DNA of 64,000 bases, from assembly GCA_963844965.1 (NCBI GenBank), contig CAWJQC010000007.1, forward strand, positions 256,001 to 320,000, written 5' to 3'. The translations under genes were made by a program, and so were the position numbers. The stretch comes from an uncultured bacterium (GTDB lineage Bacteria; Patescibacteriota; Minisyncoccia; UBA6257; 2-01-FULL-56-20). How positions within the stretch are numbered: position 1 is the stretch's first letter; each line of letters opens with the position of its first letter. Positions 1 through 7,894 of this stretch are shown in pieces. The notes under the pieces are model-generated. The model made no database searches and was not told the origin of the DNA. It saw only the letters and a list, made by a program, of their open reading frames with translations.

Positions 1-94
1 GTTAAAGGGTTAACATGTTAACGAGTTGATGACTTTAAACCCGTTAACCAGTGGACTCGTTAACTGATTAATCGGTCAATTATTTATTATAAGT

Positions 95-529
95 ATGAAG
101 TTATTGGTTGCCGTTATATTTCTCATACTTGGAATATTTCTCCAGCTTTTAGTCGGGGGAGCGAGCGGCGTCTGGCTTAATTTCTCGCTCGCCGCGCTCG
201 TCACAGCCGCGCTCTTCTTGAATTTCTTGGAGTTATTGCTTCTTTGCCTAATCGCTATTTTTATCTTGAATTGGCAGCCGGCATTCAGTTTGGAAATCGC
301 GCTTTATATTGTTCTGCCATTTCTTGTTTTTGCGTTGCGAAAATTTTTTCCCGTTAAGGCCTGGACCTGGGGACCGGTGGTAATTTTTTTGTCTTTCCTG
401 ATTTTTTACCTTGCGGCCGGCCCGCGTTTCCTAGTGGCCGCTCCGGCCATATTTCTGTGGGATATTATCGGCGGATTGGCGTTCGGAGGCATATTTTTCA
501 AGGCCTGCGCGGCGGTTGCAAAAACTTGA
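95..529 (+). CDS. Hypothetical polytopic membrane protein (hydrophobic over its whole length)
   Basis: ORF of 144 aa; the translation is almost entirely hydrophobic TM-like segments; no recognisable motif. Confidence 0.4.
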   Translation: MKLLVAVIFLILGIFLQLLVGGASGVWLNFSLAALVTAALFLNFLELLLLCLIAIFILNWQPAFSLEIALYIVLPFLVFALRKFFPVKAWTWGPVVIFLSFLIFYLAAGPRFLVAAPAIFLWDIIGGLAFGGIFFKACAAVAKT

Positions 530-652
530 CAGATTGTGTTGCGCAAACATATAGTGTAATCGCAAACCACCGGGGTTTGCTGCCTGAAAAGCCCTACCGC
601 TCCAACCTGTAAGGTTAGGAAGACGAGGAGGGATGGCAACGGGAGAAGTAAG

Positions 653-1213
653 ATGTACCTTGAAATGCCGATTGTAAGTGCTATAAACTCGGGCTTGGAT
701 TGGCGTGCCCTCTATGCCGTTTGTATCCTTGCTGTCTTTATTGTTCCCTTCTGGTGGGAGCGCTACGGAAATAATTGGAGACATCGAAGAGAGCGGCGGC
801 GTAAGGAATCCCTTCCCCGCTTGCGGGCGAAGCGCTACAAAGACAGCATCGCGTTGGTTCGCGAGGACGACTATCTGGAGGTGTGCAGGGAATATGAAGA
901 GAAGGCACGCCGCGGGGAAATCAAGCCGTGGGAAAAAATGGTAGTTATCGTGCAGCGCACTTTTACCTTTTATGTGCATGAGGCTGACAAAACGCTCATG
1001 CACGTTGGTGGTTTTGATAAATACCACAGTTTGATTGGGGAGTTTTATCCTCGTGAACAACGCAGTGAGCCAGAAGATGCACCCAATCTCTTTCTCCCGT
1101 TCCTTAACGAGACAATTATGAAGTTTGAGGAGCAGGCAAAGATGTTCAAGCGCTATTCTCTAGAGGAGGTACGCAATTATCTTCTCACAAAGCAACTTCC
1201 GCAGCTTCCTTGA
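653..1213 (+). CDS. Hypothetical protein with an N-terminal TM segment and an Arg/Glu-rich soluble part
   Basis: 186-aa ORF followed by a clean rho-independent terminator; no conserved motif recognised. Confidence 0.4.
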   Translation: MYLEMPIVSAINSGLDWRALYAVCILAVFIVPFWWERYGNNWRHRRERRRKESLPRLRAKRYKDSIALVREDDYLEVCREYEEKARRGEIKPWEKMVVIVQRTFTFYVHEADKTLMHVGGFDKYHSLIGEFYPREQRSEPEDAPNLFLPFLNETIMKFEEQAKMFKRYSLEEVRNYLLTKQLPQLP

Positions 1214-1240
1214 TTATGGTTACTGATTTTCAGTGCCACC

Positions 1241-1272
1241 ACCGGTCGCCCAAGGCGACCGGTTTTCTTTTT
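1241..1272 (+). terminator. Rho-independent terminator
   Basis: 10-bp perfect stem accggtcgcc/ggcgaccggt with a 3-nt loop, followed by ttttcttttt. Confidence 0.6.
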
Positions 1273-1301
1273 GCCAACAAAAAATTTCGGTGATAAGCTA
1301 A

Positions 1302-1424
1302 GGAGTGGTCGCGAATAACGCGAATGGCGGCAAATAATGCGAATAAATCTTACTTTTGTTTTTCGCGGGTATCTTTCATAATTCGCGTTATTAAATAAAA
1401 ATTCGCATTATTCGCGATTACTCC
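1302..1424. repeat. GCGAAT-type repeat-array hairpin element, copy A
   Basis: Begins ggagtggtcgcgaataacgcgaat, has several GCGAAT(AA) units, then inverted ATTCGC units, and ends ttattcgcgattactcc directly before the ATG at 1425. The two ends are reverse complements. Near-identical copies lie at 35608 and 40685. Confidence 0.7.
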
Positions 1425-3329
1425 ATGTTCTCAAAAAAGGAACAAAAAGACCTCGCTCTTGAAGAAGCGCTCCGCGACAGCGTGTCTTCGGATTTTGACG
1501 TCGTGGAGGTGCCCATCGGTGCGAAGCCGTTCCTTTATCTTGGCGGCGTGCTTGTTCTGGTCGGCCTTGTCCTTGCCGGGCGTATCCTGTATCTCAACAT
1601 TTTCGGCGCGCAGTTATACGTTTCGCAGGCGCAGGCGAATTTGAGCAGTTTGCAAAAGCTTACGGCGCCGCGCGGTTTGATCTACGACAGGCAGGGCGAT
1701 GTTCTTGCCGAAAATGTCGCCACATTCGCGGCCGTGCTTAACGCGAAAGAGTTCGCGAACCATCCGGAACTGCAGGAAAACACGTTGAGGACGATTACCG
1801 ACGTTCTCGGAATTTCCGCCGATGATGTGCGCGGTTTGATGAACAGCGGCTCGTCTTCTCCCGCGTCCGTTGTCCTAGCCGACAATCTTATGCAGGGTGA
1901 GATAGTTGGAATTGACGGCGCGAACCTTCCGACACTTTCGGTTGAGCGCGAATTCGGAAGAAAATACAACGAGGGTCCGGTTTTTGCGTCCGTCGTGGGT
2001 TATGTAGGGAGGCCGAGCGCCAATGACCTCAAAACCAACCCCGACCTTGCGGGCGATGACTTTGTCGGCAAGGCGGGAGTCGAGGCGTTTCACGACAAAT
2101 CTTTAAGGGGCAGTGACGGAACGGTGGAGACCATCAGGGATTCCAAGGGGCAGGTTTTGAGCGAGAAAAAGAAAAGTGATCCAGCGCCAGGCGAGCCGCT
2201 TCGTCTCACCATTGACGGAGATTTTCAGAGATACTTTTATTACCGTCTGGAGGAGGGACTTCAGTCGTTGGGGAAGCGGATAGGCGCGGGAATTGCCATT
2301 GATCCGCGGAACGGTGAGGTGCTCGCGCTCGTGAACTTGCCGTCGTTTGACCCAAATGTTCTCTCGGGTCCTGGCAATAATGACATAAAGACCGAGATCT
2401 TTAATTCCGCGGACAAACCGCTTTTCAATCGCGCAGTTAGCGGCTACTACAGTCCCGGTTCAACCATCAAGCCCTTGGTCGGCGTCGCGGCATTGGCGGA
2501 AGGCGTGATTGACCCGCAACGGGAAATTTTTTCGCCGGGCTACATGGATTTTCCGAATCCTTACAACGCCAGCGAGACAACCCGTTATTTGGACTGGCGC
2601 TATCAGGGAAACGTGAATTTGGCTTCGGCGATTGCCCAGTCGTCGGACGTTTACTTTTATCTTGTCGGCGGCGGTTCGCCTCCCGAAATTTCGCCGCCGG
2701 AAATTCTGAACGGTGGCGGCACCGTAAAGGGACTGGGCATCAGCCGGCTAATTGACTGGTGGGAAAAATTCAATTTGGGCAAACCGACCGGCGTTGATCT
2801 GCCCGGAGAAGGCGACGGTTTCCTGCCGTCACCGGATTGGAAAGAAGCGAAAACGAAGAAACCGTGGCTTTTGGGCGATACATATAATGTTTCCATCGGC
2901 CAGGGCGATTTGCTTCTGACGCCGATTCAGCTTCTTTCCTACACGGACGCGATAGCGAACGGCGGAAAAATTTACGAGCCGGTTTTGAATTTGGACTCGC
3001 GCCATCCGAGTACGACCGCTGACCTTTCCGCGTTCCAGCCGGAAATAAAAGAAGTGCAGAAGGGGATGGTGGAGGGCGTTACGTCGCCTCTCGGCACGGC
3101 GCACTCCTTGGCGGACCTTGGTTTCTCTGTCGGCGCGAAGACTGGCAGCGCGCAGGTGATGAACAACGCCCAGGAGAACGCGTGGTTTGTTGGCTACACG
3201 CCTACCGATAATCCGCAGATTGCCATTTTGGTTCTTGTGGAAAATTCCAAAGAAGGAAGTTTGAACGCCGTGCCGATAGCGAAAGATATCTTAAATTGGT
3301 ATTATTGGAATAGGATTTATAAACCATGA
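1425..3329 (+). CDS. Penicillin-binding protein 2 / FtsI-family peptidoglycan D,D-transpeptidase
   Basis: N-terminal TM segment, PBP dimerisation region, active-site STIK (SxxK), SSD-like and KTGS(A) motifs read from the translation; 634 aa. Confidence 0.8.
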   Translation: MFSKKEQKDLALEEALRDSVSSDFDVVEVPIGAKPFLYLGGVLVLVGLVLAGRILYLNIFGAQLYVSQAQANLSSLQKLTAPRGLIYDRQGDVLAENVATFAAVLNAKEFANHPELQENTLRTITDVLGISADDVRGLMNSGSSSPASVVLADNLMQGEIVGIDGANLPTLSVEREFGRKYNEGPVFASVVGYVGRPSANDLKTNPDLAGDDFVGKAGVEAFHDKSLRGSDGTVETIRDSKGQVLSEKKKSDPAPGEPLRLTIDGDFQRYFYYRLEEGLQSLGKRIGAGIAIDPRNGEVLALVNLPSFDPNVLSGPGNNDIKTEIFNSADKPLFNRAVSGYYSPGSTIKPLVGVAALAEGVIDPQREIFSPGYMDFPNPYNASETTRYLDWRYQGNVNLASAIAQSSDVYFYLVGGGSPPEISPPEILNGGGTVKGLGISRLIDWWEKFNLGKPTGVDLPGEGDGFLPSPDWKEAKTKKPWLLGDTYNVSIGQGDLLLTPIQLLSYTDAIANGGKIYEPVLNLDSRHPSTTADLSAFQPEIKEVQKGMVEGVTSPLGTAHSLADLGFSVGAKTGSAQVMNNAQENAWFVGYTPTDNPQIAILVLVENSKEGSLNAVPIAKDILNWYYWNRIYKP

Positions 3330-4315
3330 GTGAACTACGCCAAGACCCTGTTTCCGGCGACTGGATTATTATGGCGCCGGAACGTGGCGGCAGACCGCAC
3401 AATATCGGCGGCAAAAAAGCGGCACGGAAGCCATCGCCCAAAAAAGACTGCCCATTTGAGAATCCGAAGAAATCAGGCAACTGGCCGCCGATTTTGAGCT
3501 GGCCGAACGAAAAGAAATGGCAAATACTTCTGACCCCCAACAAGTTTCCCGCTCTGTCGCATGCCGACGGCTGCGCCCAAAACTTTAGAGTCGGTCCCTA
3601 CGATTTGAAAAATGGAACTGGCAGACATGACCTTTTGATAACGCGCGACCATCGCAAGAATTTCGGCGACCTCGCGCCCGCCATGGCAACGAAAGTTTTG
3701 GAAGTGCTTCAGGCGCGTTACAGAATGCTCGCCCGCGACAAGTGTCTTCTATATACATCATCGTTTTTCAATTACGGACCGACAGCCGGAGCGTCAATTT
3801 TCCATCCGCATTACCAGGTTATAACTTTGCCGATTCTCCCTTCCGATTTCAAACATTCACTTCTCGGACTTGAGGCGTATTACGAGAAGAATCATCGTTG
3901 CGCTCATTGCGTGATGCTTGCCGAGGAGTTGAGGTCAAAGACTAGAATAATAGACCAGAATAGATTCGCCGCGCTCGTTTCCCCGTTCGTTCCGCGCGAG
4001 GCCTATGAGATAAGAGTTTTCCCGAAGCGCCATCTGCCACGTTTTGAAAATACTTCTTTGCACGAGTTGCGGGATATGGCGGCGATGCTCCAGTCGGGCA
4101 TCAAGCGCCTCAAGCGGTATCTCGGCGACCCGGATTTTAATTTTTTCATCCACACCGCGCCACTCAAGAACCGCACCCGCTACCGCTACTATCATTGGCA
4201 CATAGAGATTGTTCCCAAGATCACCATTATCGGGGGGTTCGAGCTTTCCACTGGCGTTGACATTAACGTCGTTGACCCAGAGAACGCGGCGGCAGTTTTA
4301 CGCGGGGAAAAATAA
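3326..4315 (+). CDS. GalT-like HIT-superfamily nucleotidyltransferase (galactose-1-phosphate uridylyltransferase-like)
   Basis: HPHYQ (His-x-His-type) motif, Cys/His cluster (CAHC) and GalT-like length; the ATGA start overlaps the stop of the upstream PBP gene. Confidence 0.55.
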   Translation: MSELRQDPVSGDWIIMAPERGGRPHNIGGKKAARKPSPKKDCPFENPKKSGNWPPILSWPNEKKWQILLTPNKFPALSHADGCAQNFRVGPYDLKNGTGRHDLLITRDHRKNFGDLAPAMATKVLEVLQARYRMLARDKCLLYTSSFFNYGPTAGASIFHPHYQVITLPILPSDFKHSLLGLEAYYEKNHRCAHCVMLAEELRSKTRIIDQNRFAALVSPFVPREAYEIRVFPKRHLPRFENTSLHELRDMAAMLQSGIKRLKRYLGDPDFNFFIHTAPLKNRTRYRYYHWHIEIVPKITIIGGFELSTGVDINVVDPENAAAVLRGEK

Positions 4316-4403
4316 GCCGGAATTTCGCAGCCACATTTTTCTATGCTAAAAAAGATTTTAAAATCCAGGATAGTCAGCTCTATTTTTTTGCTGGATCCTG
4401 CTT

Positions 4404-4685
4404 TTGGTTCTGGGCGGAACGATCTGGGTGTATTTCGCCCTGCGTCATATCGCGCCGCCGCTGATTCTTCATTTCAACAACCTCGCCGGGATTAACCAGA
4501 CCGGGAATTTGGCGGATTTATTGGAGATCGGTGCCACCGGCATTGTTTTCGTGCTCGTGAACTTTTTTATAGCGTTGGAGCTGGAGAATAGGGACGCGTT
4601 CGGCGGCAAGCTTCTGGCCGCGGCGACCCTATTCCTCGCGATTTTGATTTTCATTGGCTTTGCCGCTATAATTTCTGCAAATTAG
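4404..4685 (+). CDS. Small hydrophobic membrane protein, hypothetical
   Basis: 93-aa ORF with two or three TM-like segments. Confidence 0.35.
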   Translation: MVLGGTIWVYFALRHIAPPLILHFNNLAGINQTGNLADLLEIGATGIVFVLVNFFIALELENRDAFGGKLLAAATLFLAILIFIGFAAIISAN

Positions 4686-4699
4686 TATCGATGCTAATA
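4684..4699. repeat. Left 16-bp inverted repeat flanking the GxxExxY gene
   Basis: agtatcgatgctaata; its reverse complement tattagcatcgatac(c) lies at 5160..5175. Confidence 0.7.
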
Positions 4700-4704
4700 T
4701 ACGA

Positions 4705-5112
4705 ATGAGTACTAATGATACGAATAACCGAAACAGGAAACTTATTTATCCGGAATTATCATATACGATTGTCGGCATTTGCTTTGAAGTTCATAATCAG
4801 CTCGGGAGATTTGAGAGGGAAAAACAATACGGGGATTTGACAGAAAAGAAGTTAAAAGAGTCCGGTATTTCATACGAGCGCGAACGCGAGATTTTGAAAA
4901 CGGGAAACCGGGTTGATTTTTTGATTGATGGTAAGATCATCTTAGAAGTCAAAGCAAGAAAACTTGTTTTAAAAGATGATTTTTATCAACTGCAGCGCTA
5001 TCTTCAGGCTGCTGGTAAAAAGCTCGGTTTGATAGTAAATTTTAGAAACCGCTATTTGAAACCAATCAGGATTATCCGCATTGATACTGACGCAAGGAAA
5101 AAATTTCAATAA
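4705..5112 (+). CDS. GxxExxY-family (PDDEXK_3) PD-(D/E)XK nuclease-fold protein
   Basis: The translation carries the family hallmarks ([44 protein letters not shown]); the gene is flanked by 16-bp inverted repeats. Confidence 0.6.
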   Translation: MSTNDTNNRNRKLIYPELSYTIVGICFEVHNQLGRFEREKQYGDLTEKKLKESGISYEREREILKTGNRVDFLIDGKIILEVKARKLVLKDDFYQLQRYLQAAGKKLGLIVNFRNRYLKPIRIIRIDTDARKKFQ

Positions 5113-5159
5113 CTTGCAAAAATTGTCATTATAGATTAGTATAATTAGCATCATTAGTA

Positions 5160-5175
5160 TATTAGCATCGATACC
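5160..5175. repeat. Right inverted repeat flanking the GxxExxY gene, preceded by tandem ATTAG(T/C)AT repeats
   Basis: tattagcatcgatacc; 15 of 16 positions match the reverse complement of 4684..4699. Confidence 0.7.
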
Positions 5176-5502
5176 ATGTCTAAATTTTCGATAATCGAGA
5201 CGGGAGGAAAACAATATAAAGTTTCCGCCGGTCAAAAAATTAAGGTGGAAAAACTGAACGCGGAGGCGGGCGATTCTTTTGTTTTTGACAAGGTTTTGCT
5301 TGTTGTGGATGGCGAAAAAGTTGAGATTGGCACGCCATATATCGCCGGCGCGAAAGTGGAAGCCAAAGTTTTGCGCCAAGCCCGCGAACGCAAGAAAATC
5401 GTTTTCAAATACCATTCCAAAACGAGATATAAAAAAGAAAAAAGGACACCGACAACATTTTACGGAGGTGTTAGTGGAGAAAATTTGATTTGTTATAATT
5501 AA
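5176..5502 (+). CDS. rplU: 50S ribosomal protein L21
   Basis: N-terminus FSIIETGGKQYKVSAGQKIKVEKL matches the L21 signature; 108 aa. Confidence 0.9.
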   Translation: MSKFSIIETGGKQYKVSAGQKIKVEKLNAEAGDSFVFDKVLLVVDGEKVEIGTPYIAGAKVEAKVLRQARERKKIVFKYHSKTRYKKEKRTPTTFYGGVSGENLICYN

Positions 5503-5545
5503 TCGCAGTAATCTTTATACGGGCCGCTTTCGGGGGTGATGTGGC

Positions 5546-5800
5546 ATGTCCGAACTTGTCTATGACCTGGAGGTCGCTTTTGTGCTGCTCGTGATAGCAG
5601 CTTTGTTCTTTGCCGCCGCTACTATTTTTTTGGCTTATGCCTTACCGAGCCACACCGCAAGAATGCATAAAAAAGTCAACGGCTGGTTGCAGAACGATAG
5701 AGTTCTCGGGTCAATTTCCGCCCACTATCGTTTTTTGGAAAAAAAATTGAAGGATTTTTCCCGCACCATTCATTTGCCAAGAATGCCTCGCCGCAAATGA
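5546..5800 (+). CDS. Small membrane protein, hypothetical (not L27)
   Basis: 84-aa ORF with one TM segment; occupies the position where rpmA is often found but has no L27 motif. Confidence 0.35.
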   Translation: MSELVYDLEVAFVLLVIAALFFAAATIFLAYALPSHTARMHKKVNGWLQNDRVLGSISAHYRFLEKKLKDFSRTIHLPRMPRRK

Positions 5801-5857
5801 GCCCGGTCGCGCTTTATGCGATCGGGATTTTTATTATTTCTGTCGGTTTGGGCGGCC

Positions 5858-7429
5858 CTATTTTATATAAAACTTCAACGCGTCTGCCGGAATATCCTTT
5901 TCGTCCTGCGGCAGGACGTAGTGGACGTTTTTGGCTTGTTGGTCTTGTGGCAGATAAGTATTTGTAATGAACATAACGGTTTCGGCGGGCATGGGAATGC
6001 CGTGGACGAGCACGCCGCCTGCCTCTACGATAATGTATTTGGGCGCGTCGGGCGGAAGCGCATTTATCTCGCGCCCGATTTCAACGTAGTTGGAACTGAA
6101 CGCATCGTAGACGTTCGGATTTTTCGCCCAGACGATGAAATAGGAATTGTATGCTTCCAAAATAAGCAGAGCGAAGAAAAAACAGACGCAGCATTTTACG
6201 ACCATCCGCATTTTCGTGCCCTCTTTGTACATCGCTGCCAGTTTGTTGTAAAGCCATATCCCTCCGGCCGCAGCGAGCATTATGACCGGCGGTATCATGA
6301 GAATGGAGCGCAGAGCGTGTGGCAGGGCTTCGTTTGAAATTACGACGGGCAGGGCCGCGAGAAAAAGCCAGCCGAACGTGGTCCAATAACCGAAGTCGGA
6401 TTCCTGAAACAATTTTGAGAAATTGATATCACGGCGGTCGGCGTGTTTGTTCTCTAGAATAGTTACTTGCTTAGCATTTCGGATTCTGTGTTGAATTGCC
6501 CGGTAAATTTGCTTCAGGCCCAAGAATAACCCGAGTAGGAATATTATGCCTACAGGCCAGAACAGTTCGGGCGCGCCGCTTATGTTGTGCCGCCAGTTCC
6601 AGTCGCCGTGAATATTGAACATGCCCGCGGTTTTGAGGATATTCACCCCGAGATCCTTAAGCGGCGTTGGCGAGCTGAAGATGGAGATTTGGGAAGTGCG
6701 TCCGAGGAAATCCGCCGGATTGTGGAGGAAATAAACGCCGATGGGCAACGCCGTGAGAAAGGCGAGAAGCAGGAAGAGAGAGGATAGAAGGTAAAATTTT
6801 TTTTGCCACCCCTCGCTTTTAGATTTCTGCCAGAAATATATCAATATGAACAAAACCAAAAGCGGCGTGTCGCGATAGGCGATATAGGTGTAGAAACCGA
6901 GGCCGTAGAGAATACCAGCAAATATAGAACACATAACATAGAGCAGGGGTTTTTGGGCGCGGAATGTTTTTATCAGCAGATAGACGGCCCAGACGAGTAT
7001 CAGTGGCGCCATGATGGCGCGGAAGCTGATGCGCGAGAAATTTATGTGCCAGAAATTCGTGGCGAGAAGGAACGCCGAAAGCAGGCCGACGCTTACGGAG
7101 CCGAAGAGTTCGGTCGCGAGGAAATAAATTCCGAGAACGGTTAGGATGCCGTAAATCGCCGAAGGCAAACGCAGAACCCACGGCTCGTTAACGCCGAAAA
7201 ATTTCAGAAAGACGGCTTGAACGTTCATGAATAGTCCTTCGCGTCCGTTGTTTTCGGGATAAAAAACCTTAAACTGACCGGTGTGCAGCGCCTCAGTGGC
7301 GTTGTTGCCATCCATCGCCTCATCGGGATACAGACCTGGCGGGACGGTCGTTATTTTGTATAGCCGCAGGAAGCTTGCTATAATAATAATTGCAAGCAAT
7401 AACCAAAAGATTTTTGATTTCGTACCCAC
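5858..7429 (-). CDS. Polytopic membrane glycosyltransferase, family 39-like (PMT/ArnT-like)
   Basis: 523 aa, more than 10 TM segments, N-terminal YPDE..DG loop typical of GT-C/PMT-type transferases. Confidence 0.5.
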   Translation of the reverse strand: MGTKSKIFWLLLAIIIIASFLRLYKITTVPPGLYPDEAMDGNNATEALHTGQFKVFYPENNGREGLFMNVQAVFLKFFGVNEPWVLRLPSAIYGILTVLGIYFLATELFGSVSVGLLSAFLLATNFWHINFSRISFRAIMAPLILVWAVYLLIKTFRAQKPLLYVMCSIFAGILYGLGFYTYIAYRDTPLLVLFILIYFWQKSKSEGWQKKFYLLSSLFLLLAFLTALPIGVYFLHNPADFLGRTSQISIFSSPTPLKDLGVNILKTAGMFNIHGDWNWRHNISGAPELFWPVGIIFLLGLFLGLKQIYRAIQHRIRNAKQVTILENKHADRRDINFSKLFQESDFGYWTTFGWLFLAALPVVISNEALPHALRSILMIPPVIMLAAAGGIWLYNKLAAMYKEGTKMRMVVKCCVCFFFALLILEAYNSYFIVWAKNPNVYDAFSSNYVEIGREINALPPDAPKYIIVEAGGVLVHGIPMPAETVMFITNTYLPQDQQAKNVHYVLPQDEKDIPADALKFYIK

Positions 7430-7468
7430 ACATACATTTTATATTTTATATTCTATATTCTCAAACTT

Positions 7469-7882
7469 ATGCCCGATCAACAATTCCAATCGTTTGAACA
7501 TGCGGCTCTTGAAGCGGATATCAAAGTCTTGGCCGAGGAGATACGAAAGCACCGCGAGTCGCCCGAGGGCGAGAATTTGGCCGGGAAAGAACTATTGAAG
7601 CAGGCAATCAAATTGTTGCCGCAGACCGGTCCTCAAGATCAGACGTCACCGCCACCGTCTCCGTCTTCTTCCGCCAAGAATCCTCTGCCGGATTATGCCC
7701 AGAACGCGTCGGCCGAGGTGAAACTTGAAATTGAATATCTCTTGGATGTGGCTTTCCATCAAGGCATCGCGAAAGCTAACGCCGAAGCGCAAAAATCGCC
7801 GCCGTTTATTTTGGATGCGTTCCACGACGCTCTGGCCGGAAAACTTTATCCGGAGTTGCAGAGAAGGGGAATGCTGAAGTAA
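7469..7882 (+). CDS. Hypothetical protein with a Pro/Ser-rich linker
   Basis: 137-aa ORF immediately upstream of the VirD4-like ATPase gene. Confidence 0.4.
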   Translation: MPDQQFQSFEHAALEADIKVLAEEIRKHRESPEGENLAGKELLKQAIKLLPQTGPQDQTSPPPSPSSSAKNPLPDYAQNASAEVKLEIEYLLDVAFHQGIAKANAEAQKSPPFILDAFHDALAGKLYPELQRRGMLK

Positions 7883-7894
7883 TTTCAGGGCTCA

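Noticed and set aside
431-1060. 209-aa minus-strand ORF (and 406..639, 705..944) overlapping the 95..529 and 653..1213 genes
   Set aside because: Antisense to two better-supported plus-strand ORFs that carry a terminator; no motif; typical shadow ORFs in a GC-balanced region
5816-6386. Plus-strand 173-aa ORF and minus-strand 101-aa ORF inside the glycosyltransferase gene
   Set aside because: Fully embedded in the 523-aa membrane glycosyltransferase ORF on the other strand or frame
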